64,000 nucleotides of DNA from a virus. The DNA lies in IMG/VR virus record IMGVR_UViG_3300042565_001918. The stretch is one strand, 5' to 3'. Positions within the stretch are counted from its first letter, which is position 1. Every line of letters starts with the position of its first letter. Of the stretch, positions 19,973-28,813 are shown one piece after another. A program made the position numbers and the translations under genes. The notes beneath the pieces are model-generated. The model did no database searches. It had not been told where the DNA came from and saw only the letters and a program-made list of their open reading frames with translations.

Positions 19973-19999
19973 AATATATTTTAAGATTTTATTTTATAT

Positions 20000-20028
20000 T
20001 TGATATATATCACAAAATTAACTATTTT
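20000..20028 (+). promoter_or_regulatory. Possible host-RNAP promoter TTGATA-N17-TATTTT
   Basis: In the divergent intergenic gap between rpsU and 20064; same geometry as the sites at 21280 and 49607. Confidence 0.35.
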
Positions 20029-20063
20029 TTCATAAAATAAACATTGTATTATGGAAATATCAA

Positions 20064-20531
20064 ATGAAAAAAGGGAAAACCTCAAAACTGAGTGGATTTA
20101 GAAACTCAAAAATTACCTACGGAACAGTAGATTCAAAAAATTTCAAGTCATTGTATTTGAACCTCCAAACATGGGCGGAACCAAAAATAGAAGTAGAGAA
20201 CTGGACAAGGCTCGTATTAAATATGAACCGATCAATTAAACACTCAGTATTCAACCACATAGATAAACAAATGTTTGACGATAAGTTTATTGTGGATATG
20301 GATCTAAGAACAAGTGGATTATCACTAAAAAAGAAATCATTTATGAATTTAGAAATTAATCTCTATCTTATTGATGAGGTGGATTTCAAAGATTTAAAAC
20401 TCAAACGTAAATTAAAGGAAATTGTTAAGGGATTATATAATGACGTATTACATAAGAATGATAATTTCAAATTTTACCTAACAAAAAATGGGAATGTTAA
20501 ACCAATTAAAGTAAAAACCGAAAAAGTTTAG
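20064..20531 (+). CDS. Hypothetical basic protein
   Basis: 155 aa ORF divergent from rpsU. Confidence 0.65.
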   Translation: MKKGKTSKLSGFRNSKITYGTVDSKNFKSLYLNLQTWAEPKIEVENWTRLVLNMNRSIKHSVFNHIDKQMFDDKFIVDMDLRTSGLSLKKKSFMNLEINLYLIDEVDFKDLKLKRKLKEIVKGLYNDVLHKNDNFKFYLTKNGNVKPIKVKTEKV

Positions 20532-20538
20532 TATTTAT
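20532..20538 (+). promoter_or_regulatory. Putative late promoter TATTTAT
   Basis: 14 nt before the protease ATG. Confidence 0.55.
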
Positions 20539-20552
20539 AATAAAAAAATACT

Positions 20553-21290
20553 ATGAGCGGTTATAAAATTTTAGGACCCCAAGATTCGGGTAAAGGTATT
20601 CTTATTGAATATGATGCGGGATATATTAATCCTAATGAGGGTCGTAATTTAGATATATTAAAAGAGTCAAGAAATATGCTTGACCACTCTAAACCATTTG
20701 AATTTTATGCGGTATTACAGAAGTACAATACCCCTAATAGAAATGGTAGAGTTTATCCTGAGAAAATATTAAAGAGAGAGTCGGAAAACTACAAAAAGAT
20801 GATTGAAAAGGGAACCGCTCTCTCTGAATTAAATCACCCTGAATCATCATTGATTGATTTGGATCGTGTTTCTCACATTATCACAGAAGTATGGTGGGAT
20901 GGTAATGTATTGTTAGGTAAAATAAAATTACTTACAAGTCCTGGTTTTCATGAAAGTGGTATTGTTTCCACAAAGGGGGATTTAGCAGCAAACTATTTAC
21001 GACAAGGAGTTACTTTAGGTATTTCTTCTCGTGGGGTAGGATCACTTAAAAAAGTGGGGGACCAAAATGAAGTACAAGATGACTTTGAATTAATTTGTTT
21101 TGACCTTGTATCTTCTCCGTCTACACCGGGGGCTTATTTATTCTTAGATAAAAATGACCGATTAAAATATGAGGAGAATTTAGATGAGGATAAAAAAATG
21201 AATTTAGAAAGAGCAACTGGAATGGAATCCTCATCTATTGAGAAAACAAAAAGTTTAATGGATAAATTAAGTTCATTTCTTGACAAATAA
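20553..21290 (+). CDS. Prohead protease (T4 gp21-like)
   Basis: NRNGRVYP, ALSELNHP (catalytic His), GISSRGVGS (catalytic Ser), FDLVSSPSTPGA. Confidence 0.95.
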   Translation: MSGYKILGPQDSGKGILIEYDAGYINPNEGRNLDILKESRNMLDHSKPFEFYAVLQKYNTPNRNGRVYPEKILKRESENYKKMIEKGTALSELNHPESSLIDLDRVSHIITEVWWDGNVLLGKIKLLTSPGFHESGIVSTKGDLAANYLRQGVTLGISSRGVGSLKKVGDQNEVQDDFELICFDLVSSPSTPGAYLFLDKNDRLKYEENLDEDKKMNLERATGMESSSIEKTKSLMDKLSSFLDK

Positions 21291-21308
21291 AAAAATAAGT
21301 TCTATGAT
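21280..21308 (+). promoter_or_regulatory. Sigma70-like promoter TTGACA-N17-TATGAT
   Basis: TTGACA at 21280-21285, 17-nt spacer, TATGAT at 21303-21308, 19 nt before ATG 21328. Confidence 0.6.
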
Positions 21309-21327
21309 TTAATAAAATTAAAAAATT

Positions 21328-21543
21328 ATGGAACAAGGAGAAAAGTATTTTGTGGCTAAAATCACATCAGATTTGTTAGACAGCGAATCAGGAAAGGTTA
21401 GAAAAGTTAGAGAAGAGAAGTTAGTTATGGGTTATACCCCTACTGATGTTGAGGCTAAAGTAACCAAAGTATATGAACATTACACAATGGATTGGAGAAT
21501 TACTTCAATTACAGAAAGTAAAATTGATGAGGTTATCGACTAA
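21328..21543 (+). CDS. DUF4494-like small protein
   Basis: YFVAKI......SGKVRKVREEKLV...T.VEAKV...ITSI.ESKI.EV resembles the Bacteroidota DUF4494 N-terminal domain. Confidence 0.6.
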   Translation: MEQGEKYFVAKITSDLLDSESGKVRKVREEKLVMGYTPTDVEAKVTKVYEHYTMDWRITSITESKIDEVID

Positions 21544-21567
21544 TTTTTAATTTAATTACATTTTATT

Positions 21568-21604
21568 AAAATGGGGGTATTTTTTAATATCTCCATTTTT
21601 TTTT
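21568..21604 (+). terminator. Rho-independent terminator
   Basis: AAAATGGGGGTATT / AATATCTCCATTTT hairpin (with G-U pairs) followed by a T run. Confidence 0.75.
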
Positions 21605-21646
21605 GCCTCATTGTTATAAAAATGTGAATTTTTTCAATTAACATAC

Positions 21647-21653
21647 TATTTAT
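21647..21653 (+). promoter_or_regulatory. Putative late promoter TATTTAT
   Basis: After the terminator and 23 nt before the scaffold ATG; would drive scaffold + major capsid protein. Confidence 0.6.
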
Positions 21654-21676
21654 ATTGTAAAAACAACAAAACTATA

Positions 21677-23122
21677 ATGAGCAAAGAAAAATCATTGGTT
21701 GAAGATACTTTCTTACAAATGAGAAATTTGGAAGAAGTTATTAACGAAAACGCAAAAGGAATACTTGCTTCTACAATGAAGGAAGAAATCAGATCATTAG
21801 TAAAAGAGTCCCTTAACGAGCAAGACGACGACGAGGAGATTGATGTAGATGCTGAGTTTGACGATACTGACGTATCTGATGATGATGTTGATAATTTCGA
21901 CGACGGAGACGAAGATGGGCTATCTATTGATGCTGACTTCGACGACGAAGACGAAGATGATGACACACTTGACCTAACGGGAGCATCCTCAGAAGACGTT
22001 TTAAAAGTTTTCAAGGCTATGGGACCTGAAGATGGTGTCATTGTTAAAAAAGAAGATGATATGATACATTTATCTGATGAAAATAACGATGTTGACTATT
22101 TTATCCAATTAAGTGAGTCCGAACAAGAGCAAGATGAAATCGAAATGATGAAAAACGATGAGATTGGAGAATCTTGGATGGAAGAAGAGGATGGTACTAC
22201 CGAAACAATCTATGAAATCATGTTAGATGAAGAAGATGATGATGATGGTGAAGAATACTCTAAACACTTAGGTGGTGAAATGGAAGAGCGTTATCATATG
22301 GGTCGCAGACACCGTAATGACCCTGAAGATGAGGATGAGGATCTTGATTTTGAAACAGATTGGTCTCAATTAGAAGAAGATTTAGATGAGGAATTTGTTA
22401 TTGAATCAAAATCTAATTTCAAGGCAAAAGGAGTTGGTATGGGTAACGCATCAAAATTCAAATACGACAAAAAACCTAATCAAGGACAAGGTTTCAAAAC
22501 AAAAATGAAACAAGGAACCAGAGGAGTTGGTATGGGTAAAGCGAAATTTGAATATAAAGAAGGTGAAAACATGGAAAAAGGTAAAAACACTACCGTTAAA
22601 AAAATGGAAACCAAAGAAGCGTCTCGTACGTTAGGTAATGGTTCTAATTTTAGAAAAGGTGGTTTACCTAAACCAAGAGCACATTCAAAAGCAAACACGG
22701 CAATTAAAAAAGAAAGTGTTGACAATAGAGAATTACAAGTTCTTAGAGAAAAAAATGAAGAGTATAGAAATGCATTAAATGTATTTAGAGACAAATTGAA
22801 TGAGGTTGCGGTATTCAATTCAAACTTGGCTTACGCTACACGTTTGTTTACAGAACACTCAACTACAAAACAAGAAAAAATCAACATCTTAAAAAGATTT
22901 GATAGCGTTGAAACTCTTAAAGAATCTAAAAATTTGTATAGAATTGTAAAAGACGAACTTTCAAACTCAAGTTCTAAGGAAAATAATACAATTAGTGAAT
23001 CATTTGAACGAACTGTTGAAAAAACTCCATCATCTGGATCTGCAGTTAATTTAATTGAATCTAAAACTTATGAAAATCCTCAATTCTTAAGAATGAAAGA
23101 TTTAATGTCAAAAATAAAATAA
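21677..23122 (+). CDS. Prohead core/scaffolding protein (T4 gp22-like position)
   Basis: Very acidic N-terminal half and coiled-coil C-terminus; sits between protease and MCP; many L/I-x-E sites. Confidence 0.75.
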   Translation: MSKEKSLVEDTFLQMRNLEEVINENAKGILASTMKEEIRSLVKESLNEQDDDEEIDVDAEFDDTDVSDDDVDNFDDGDEDGLSIDADFDDEDEDDDTLDLTGASSEDVLKVFKAMGPEDGVIVKKEDDMIHLSDENNDVDYFIQLSESEQEQDEIEMMKNDEIGESWMEEEDGTTETIYEIMLDEEDDDDGEEYSKHLGGEMEERYHMGRRHRNDPEDEDEDLDFETDWSQLEEDLDEEFVIESKSNFKAKGVGMGNASKFKYDKKPNQGQGFKTKMKQGTRGVGMGKAKFEYKEGENMEKGKNTTVKKMETKEASRTLGNGSNFRKGGLPKPRAHSKANTAIKKESVDNRELQVLREKNEEYRNALNVFRDKLNEVAVFNSNLAYATRLFTEHSTTKQEKINILKRFDSVETLKESKNLYRIVKDELSNSSSKENNTISESFERTVEKTPSSGSAVNLIESKTYENPQFLRMKDLMSKIK

Positions 23123-23153
23123 AAAATAAACAAATAAAATAAAAACCAAAAAA

Positions 23154-25034
23154 ATGGGAGCATTATTAGAATCAGGTCTTGTTGGTAACATCGGTTTAAA
23201 ACACCTTAAAGTTATCAAAGAAGATACTATTAACAAATGGGATAAATTAGGATTCCTTGAAGGTCTTAGAGGCCACCTAAAAGAAAACGTAGCACAGTTG
23301 TATGAAAACCAAGCTTCTTTCTTGATTAACGAAGCAACATCTGAAGGTTCTAACGGAGCGTTCGAAACAGTTGTTTTCCCTATCGTAAGAAGAGTTTTCT
23401 CTAAATTGTTGGCTAACGATATCGTTTCTGTACAAGCAATGAACTTACCGATCGGTAAATTATTCTACTTTGTACCTCGTATCCAAGGATATAATGGTGG
23501 TACTGCAAACGCATCAGGTGACCACTACGCACCAATCGGAGCACCTAACGGACCTACAGCAGGTGGTACAGGTAACTCAGGACCAGGAGCAGGATATCCT
23601 GACAATGCAGGAGCATTCGGAAAAAATCTTTACGATTTATTCTACGAAGGTGGTGAGGCAGGTTTAGATCCTCCAGGATTATTTGACTACTCTAAAGGTC
23701 GTTGGTCGGCAGTTACTGCAACTACAACTCTTCAAGCATGGTCAAGTGGATCATTAGTTGACGCAACTGTTGCTGGTGGTGTACCGGCAGGAGGAGTTCA
23801 AATTGCGGCAGGTAACCAAAGAAAATTAATTATTAAAATGTGTGGTTTTGCTGATACAGGAGCGGGTAAATTAATCGGACCTGATGGAAACGAAATGGAT
23901 TCAGAATCTTTCCTTTCTGATCTTAAAATCTTTACTAATTTAAGTACATTCTCTTCTTCAACTACTCCTTGTGATGTTGTAGGTGCAGGTGCTGGTGTTG
24001 CAGTTCCTCTATTATTTAGAGTTGTTACTCAACAATACGGTAAAGGTATCGTTCAATACGGTAACACTGTGACTACAACTTGGCCAACTGATGGTAACGG
24101 TGGTTCATTCAAAAATATCTGTTCTGCAGATGGATGTATCTACTTAGAAGTTGATTTATCTTGTCCAGTATGTGCTGATTGTGATTCTACATCTTTAGAT
24201 GGTTACACAGGTACTACTATTTTCTCTGCGACTTCTGCAACTTCTTTCGTAGCTGTATTCAGAAGATATGAAGAAATGGAATTCGAAGATAAAATTGGAG
24301 AGGTTTCTTTCGATTTAGATTCAGTAACTGTTTCTGTAACCGAAAGAAAATTAAGAGCACAATGGTCTCCTGAGTTAGCTCAAGACGTTGCAGCATTCCA
24401 TAACATCGACGCTGAGGCTGAGTTAACAGCATTGTTATCTGAGCAAGTAGCAGCAGAGATTGACCGTGAGATCTTACGTGACTTGAGAAAAGGAGCGGCT
24501 TGGAACTTACGTTGGGACTACAACGGATGGAGAAGAATTTCTCAAACTACATCTTACACTCAAAAAGATTGGAACCAAACTTTGATTACAGCAATCAACC
24601 AATTGTCAGCACAAATCCACAAATCTACATTGAGAGGTGGAGCTAACTGGATCGTTGTATCTTCTGAGGTTTCAGCAATCTTTGATGATTTAGAATACTT
24701 CCACGTATCTAACGCATCTCCTGAGCAAGATCAGTATAACATGGGTATCGAAAGAGTTGGTACTTTAGCAGGACGTTACCAAGTGTACCGTGATCCTTAC
24801 TTCCCACCAAACCAAGTTTTGATTGGACACAAAGGAACATCATTGTTAGACACAGGTTACATCTACGCACCGTATGTACCTCTACAATTGACACCTACAA
24901 TGTACAACCCATTCAACTTCACACCTATCAAAGGTATTATGACAAGATACGCTAAGAAAATGGTTAACAACCGTTTCTACGGACGTATCACAGTTGATGG
25001 AGTTAGAACATTCGACTTGAGAGAATTGAGATAA
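23154..25034 (+). CDS. Major capsid protein (T4 gp23-like)
   Basis: PIVRRVF..L.A.DIVSVQAM..P.G, RKLRAQWSPELAQDV.A.H.IDAEAEL..LLSEQ...EIDREIL, YAPYVPL, P.KGIMTRY. Confidence 0.97.
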   Translation: MGALLESGLVGNIGLKHLKVIKEDTINKWDKLGFLEGLRGHLKENVAQLYENQASFLINEATSEGSNGAFETVVFPIVRRVFSKLLANDIVSVQAMNLPIGKLFYFVPRIQGYNGGTANASGDHYAPIGAPNGPTAGGTGNSGPGAGYPDNAGAFGKNLYDLFYEGGEAGLDPPGLFDYSKGRWSAVTATTTLQAWSSGSLVDATVAGGVPAGGVQIAAGNQRKLIIKMCGFADTGAGKLIGPDGNEMDSESFLSDLKIFTNLSTFSSSTTPCDVVGAGAGVAVPLLFRVVTQQYGKGIVQYGNTVTTTWPTDGNGGSFKNICSADGCIYLEVDLSCPVCADCDSTSLDGYTGTTIFSATSATSFVAVFRRYEEMEFEDKIGEVSFDLDSVTVSVTERKLRAQWSPELAQDVAAFHNIDAEAELTALLSEQVAAEIDREILRDLRKGAAWNLRWDYNGWRRISQTTSYTQKDWNQTLITAINQLSAQIHKSTLRGGANWIVVSSEVSAIFDDLEYFHVSNASPEQDQYNMGIERVGTLAGRYQVYRDPYFPPNQVLIGHKGTSLLDTGYIYAPYVPLQLTPTMYNPFNFTPIKGIMTRYAKKMVNNRFYGRITVDGVRTFDLRELR

Positions 25035-25054
25035 TCAATTAAAAACCGAATACG

Positions 25055-25084
25055 AAAAAGGTCAGAGAAATCTGACCTTTTTTT
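25055..25084. terminator. Bidirectional rho-independent terminator
   Basis: AAAAAGGTCAGA-GAAA-TCTGACCTTTTTTT perfect hairpin between the convergent MCP and 25087..25311 genes. Confidence 0.9.
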
Positions 25085-25086
25085 AT

Positions 25087-25311
25087 TTATTCATTTTTTG
25101 ATAATGTTCGTATGGCTTTAGAAATAACTTCGGATTCACCTATGGTGAAAGCACCTCTTTGATGTGCAGATTTAACAGATTCAACCAAATAGTGTATTGC
25201 ATGGTCTTTATCCATAGTCAATAATATCGCATCTAAATGGCTTTCATTTAATAGATCTATTGACCCAAATAATGTTCCAAATAATTTATTAGTTTCTTCA
25301 TTTTTTTCCAT
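25087..25311 (-). CDS. Hypothetical protein
   Basis: 74 aa ORF filling the gap and ending at the terminator. Confidence 0.6.
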   Translation of the reverse strand: MEKNEETNKLFGTLFGSIDLLNESHLDAILLTMDKDHAIHYLVESVKSAHQRGAFTIGESEVISKAIRTLSKNE

Positions 25312-25319
25312 ATTCCTAA

Positions 25320-25326
25320 TATTTAT
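25320..25326 (+). promoter_or_regulatory. Putative late promoter TATTTAT
   Basis: 7 nt before ATG 25334. Confidence 0.5.
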
Positions 25327-25333
25327 TATAGTA

Positions 25334-26092
25334 ATGATAACCGATAATTTTATAAAGAAAATATTAAGAGAGGCGACTTCGGAAAAGTCAACTAGAGGAT
25401 CATATGTTTCTCCTTTATTACCTGGATATAGACAATTTGATAAAAATCAAATGGCCCCATTTACAGAATATGTGACTGATTGGGATGACGCATCTTTAGA
25501 CCATGATAGTTTAGATGGTAAAATGTCAACAGACCCAAAAACAATTAAAAAGAAAGAAAAAATGGCGGAAAAAATTGCCGCTTATATGAAAAATAATCCC
25601 GATTCATTTGCGTGGGCTGACGATGCGGGTGTTATGAATGAATTACCGGGAAAAAATACTGACGCAAAACCAATTAAAAATTTTAACACAAAAAAAACCG
25701 TAACTAAATTAGATGAATGGGATGAATTAAACAATGATGTTATTTCTGAAGATTTAGCTGTTTGGTTTGGTACAAAGAAGAAACCAAAAGGATCTAAACA
25801 ACCTAAAGGACCTTGGGTTGATATTTGTCGTAAAGTTGATGGTAAACATCCACCATGCGGAAGACAAGACACATCTAAAGGTTCGTACCCAAAATGTAGA
25901 GCTGCAGGTGTTGCAGGTAAAATGAGTGATTCACAAAAAAAGGCCGCTTGTCAACAAAAAAGAAAGGCTGAAAAAAATGACACACAAACAGGAAAGGGTC
26001 AAAAACCAGTTATGACTTCATACAAAACAAAAAAGGAATCCGTAGATTCCTTAGTTGATAAAATTTTATTTGAGATTAGAAATACGTTCTAA
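25334..26092 (+). CDS. Putative internal head protein with basic Cys-containing C-terminal domain
   Basis: N-terminal IKKILRE; C-terminal L.VWF...WVDIC...HPPCGR...YPKCR motif recalled from T4-like aquatic phages. Confidence 0.55.
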   Translation: MITDNFIKKILREATSEKSTRGSYVSPLLPGYRQFDKNQMAPFTEYVTDWDDASLDHDSLDGKMSTDPKTIKKKEKMAEKIAAYMKNNPDSFAWADDAGVMNELPGKNTDAKPIKNFNTKKTVTKLDEWDELNNDVISEDLAVWFGTKKKPKGSKQPKGPWVDICRKVDGKHPPCGRQDTSKGSYPKCRAAGVAGKMSDSQKKAACQQKRKAEKNDTQTGKGQKPVMTSYKTKKESVDSLVDKILFEIRNTF

Positions 26093-26485
26093 AACCATAT
26101 CTAACGAATGTGTTATCCTTGAGTTAACATCACTTTCTGTTTGAGTACGTCTTTTTTCTGTTTCAATATCAAATATGTAAATTAATCTTTGCCAATCTCT
26201 TTCAGATAATTTTACATTATAATTAAAAACATGGTTAGTTATTTCAACTCTACCATAATCCATTACAATAAAAATCCCAAATATATTATTTACAATGTAT
26301 CTTTTTTGAGACATTGGTGCAATCATAAATTCTGAATTAGGATTTGAAATTAACTTTAGACATATCTTAAAACAAGTTTTCTCATAAGAAACTATCTCTT
26401 CTTGATATGTTTTCATCATAGATGATCTTTTTGTCCAAAGAATCCATCTAACTTTTATTCTTTTTATTAATTTTTTTATCCACAT
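26066..26485 (-). CDS. Hypothetical protein
   Basis: Start reassigned to ATG 26485 (MWIKK), downstream of a TAnnTTTG element. Confidence 0.55.
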   Translation of the reverse strand: MWIKKLIKRIKVRWILWTKRSSMMKTYQEEIVSYEKTCFKICLKLISNPNSEFMIAPMSQKRYIVNNIFGIFIVMDYGRVEITNHVFNYNVKLSERDWQRLIYIFDIETEKRRTQTESDVNSRITHSLDMVLERISNLK

Positions 26486-26503
26486 ATTTTTTAATTTATG
26501 GTA

Positions 26504-26511
26504 CAAAGATA
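26504..26511 (-). promoter_or_regulatory. Bacteroidota-type -7 promoter element TATCTTTG
   Basis: Exact TAnnTTTG match 18 nt upstream of ATG 26485; no clear -33 TTTG. Confidence 0.45.
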
Positions 26512-26549
26512 TTTATAAAAATTAAATAAAAAAATTTTTTATTAAATTA

Positions 26550-27116
26550 TTAGCAATAAGTCCCCGAACATTGTTTTTTACCGTCAAGACCCTTAATTTC
26601 TCCTTTACATACTTGTATTGCGTGTCCATTAGCATAAGCACTTGGATATACGTCATATTTTGCTTTGGCCGATGCTTTACCTCTAGCACAAAGTGGTGTT
26701 CCTGTTTTTTTTCTTCCTTCATTCATCTGATATAAAGCCAATGCTTTATCAGGATCTTTTTCTGTCATCGCCAAATCATCAATAATATCATCTTCTTCTG
26801 ACATTATCATATCTTTATCATCAATATTCATAGACAATTCCATACCATCTTTTTTTGATTCATTCATAATGAAATCAAAAACTTGATCCATATTGTTTTT
26901 TGCTTCTGCAATATGATCTTGAGCCCAATCGTGACCATTTTCTAAAATAGATTCAACCATTTCAGGATCTAAATCTAATAATAAATCACATTGTCTTCTC
27001 ATTTGCTCTAAATTAGAAAAAAACATATATCTATTTCCTCTATCCTCATTTTCTCTAAGGATTTTTTTAATGATCATACTAAGATCAGATTCTTTTAGTT
27101 TAATTATTTTTTTCAT
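26550..27116 (-). CDS. Putative internal head protein with C-terminal PSAY domain
   Basis: MKKIIKLKESDL..IIKKILRE leader; C-terminal LCARGK..AKAKYDVYPSAYANG...CKG. Confidence 0.55.
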   Translation of the reverse strand: MKKIIKLKESDLSMIIKKILRENEDRGNRYMFFSNLEQMRRQCDLLLDLDPEMVESILENGHDWAQDHIAEAKNNMDQVFDFIMNESKKDGMELSMNIDDKDMIMSEEDDIIDDLAMTEKDPDKALALYQMNEGRKKTGTPLCARGKASAKAKYDVYPSAYANGHAIQVCKGEIKGLDGKKQCSGTYC

Positions 27117-27119
27117 AAT

Positions 27120-27314
27120 TTATCCATTTAATCCGTTACCCCCAAGGAGTACCATGTTTAATTGTACCACATCACCACCATCTTGAGAACTCCAAGTTGG
27201 ATGAGGTGGGTTTACAGATACTACAGTAGAACCGGTGGCTCCCGTAGTACATATTTGAACACAAATCGTTGATAGTGTTCCAGCGCTTATTGTTGTTAAT
27301 TCTCCGTCTCCCAT
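27120..27314 (-). CDS. Small hypothetical protein
   Basis: 64 aa ORF exactly filling the gap in the operon. Confidence 0.5.
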   Translation of the reverse strand: MGDGELTTISAGTLSTICVQICTTGATGSTVVSVNPPHPTWSSQDGGDVVQLNMVLLGGNGLNG

Positions 27315-27329
27315 GACTTTTGTTTTTTA

Positions 27330-28793
27330 TTATTTTTTATTTACGATTTGAAACTTAATCTGTTTCTTATAAGTATTAACCTCACCACTACTTAACACTT
27401 TTATATCAATAAAATATTCGTTAGGTATTTTATCTCTTGTATCAAATATAAAGTAATATTCATTAGGGGTTCTATTAATTTTGGTCCAATCTTGTACTTG
27501 TACTTCAGTAGAACCTTCTTTCACATAAACTCTATAAGAAGCATCTACTTTAAGTAAAAGTTGATTAGTTGTGTATGCCTTTTTAATGACCACACCTACT
27601 TTACGAACATCGGTATTTAATATTTTTTCATCTTGTTTAATACCATAAAAATCAAAACCATAAATTGATGGTTCCTGAGACAATGTACCAATCTGTAAAG
27701 ATTTCTGTAATGGGTATATTGCAAACTCATTGGTAACATTTGGTAACGGGAATCCATTCAAATAAAGGTTACTCCAAACATCATTAAATAAACAAGGTGT
27801 TTTATATCCAATCAGTGGGGGAATAACAACTTCATATATACCTTTTGCTCTACGACAAGTTGTTAAACCTGTTAACCCTGGTATAGCAGTACAAGAAGTA
27901 TCTCTAATTTCCACAACAGGATCAAAATCCAAATTTTGGAAGTCACCATCTTCATAAACATAAAGATATAATTTGTTAACTTTACCTAATACAAATAAAT
28001 TTCTATCATCCTCAATTAGGTCATCATAGTTTGTTTGTAAGAAAGGTTCGTAGAATGTTTGAGTATGTCTTGTAAAGAACCCCACAGAATACGTTCCGGT
28101 GGTCCCTGAGATGTTTTCTACTTGTGGTAGATAAGCAATACCCCAACCAACCGGATCACTAATAGAACCGTTTAATATTGAGTTGATTTCATTTGTCATA
28201 TCAAACTCAATATTTTCATCCCCAAACTCAAAGTGTTGGGTATCTATAATTTGTAATTGATTATAATTAAATAATCCCGTATTAGTATTACTATATATTC
28301 CAGGTTCTTGCCAACTATCTATTGTTGTGGTTGCTGACCAATTTGATGGTCTATCTGAATAATTTTTATCTTCAAATACCACAGTTGTTGTTGGGATATA
28401 ATCATACCCAACTCCCTCATCCCAATTTTGTGGGGTACCAGGTATTGTACTATTATTAAGTGGTATTCTAAATAAGAATAAATCAAATGATGTTGCCCTA
28501 TATCTTCCTTGAGATGTTGACGTATTTAAGAAGTCCTTATCAAAATATGATGTGTTAGTCATATTTAAGGTATGTGTCATTGCTGACGTACATCCTGTTG
28601 ATACTGTACCATCATTAATTTTTTGAGTTAGTAAACTTAGATCAATATCAAAAATAAATCTGCTAAACCCTCTTGGGTTAACAATACCATCCTCACCATA
28701 ATATAATTCCATTACAGGGTTTCTACCTGTATTTGTTAGATTATTATATATTATAGTGTTATTCCTACTAAAATATGAATTATTAATTGACAT
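27330..28793 (-). CDS. Putative virion structural protein
   Basis: 487 aa, beta-rich (SRFIFDIDLS, NWDEGVG, SNW); preceded by TATTTAT. Confidence 0.6.
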   Translation of the reverse strand: MSINNSYFSRNNTIIYNNLTNTGRNPVMELYYGEDGIVNPRGFSRFIFDIDLSLLTQKINDGTVSTGCTSAMTHTLNMTNTSYFDKDFLNTSTSQGRYRATSFDLFLFRIPLNNSTIPGTPQNWDEGVGYDYIPTTTVVFEDKNYSDRPSNWSATTTIDSWQEPGIYSNTNTGLFNYNQLQIIDTQHFEFGDENIEFDMTNEINSILNGSISDPVGWGIAYLPQVENISGTTGTYSVGFFTRHTQTFYEPFLQTNYDDLIEDDRNLFVLGKVNKLYLYVYEDGDFQNLDFDPVVEIRDTSCTAIPGLTGLTTCRRAKGIYEVVIPPLIGYKTPCLFNDVWSNLYLNGFPLPNVTNEFAIYPLQKSLQIGTLSQEPSIYGFDFYGIKQDEKILNTDVRKVGVVIKKAYTTNQLLLKVDASYRVYVKEGSTEVQVQDWTKINRTPNEYYFIFDTRDKIPNEYFIDIKVLSSGEVNTYKKQIKFQIVNKK

Positions 28794-28806
28794 TATACTT
28801 TTTTAT

Positions 28807-28813
28807 ATAAATA
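28807..28813 (-). promoter_or_regulatory. Putative late promoter TATTTAT
   Basis: ATAAATA on +; 13 nt before the - strand ATG at 28793. Confidence 0.55.

Noticed and set aside
26510-26516. TATTTAT on the + strand
   Set aside because: No + strand gene follows; it overlaps the - strand TAnnTTTG element and may be chance in AT-rich DNA.
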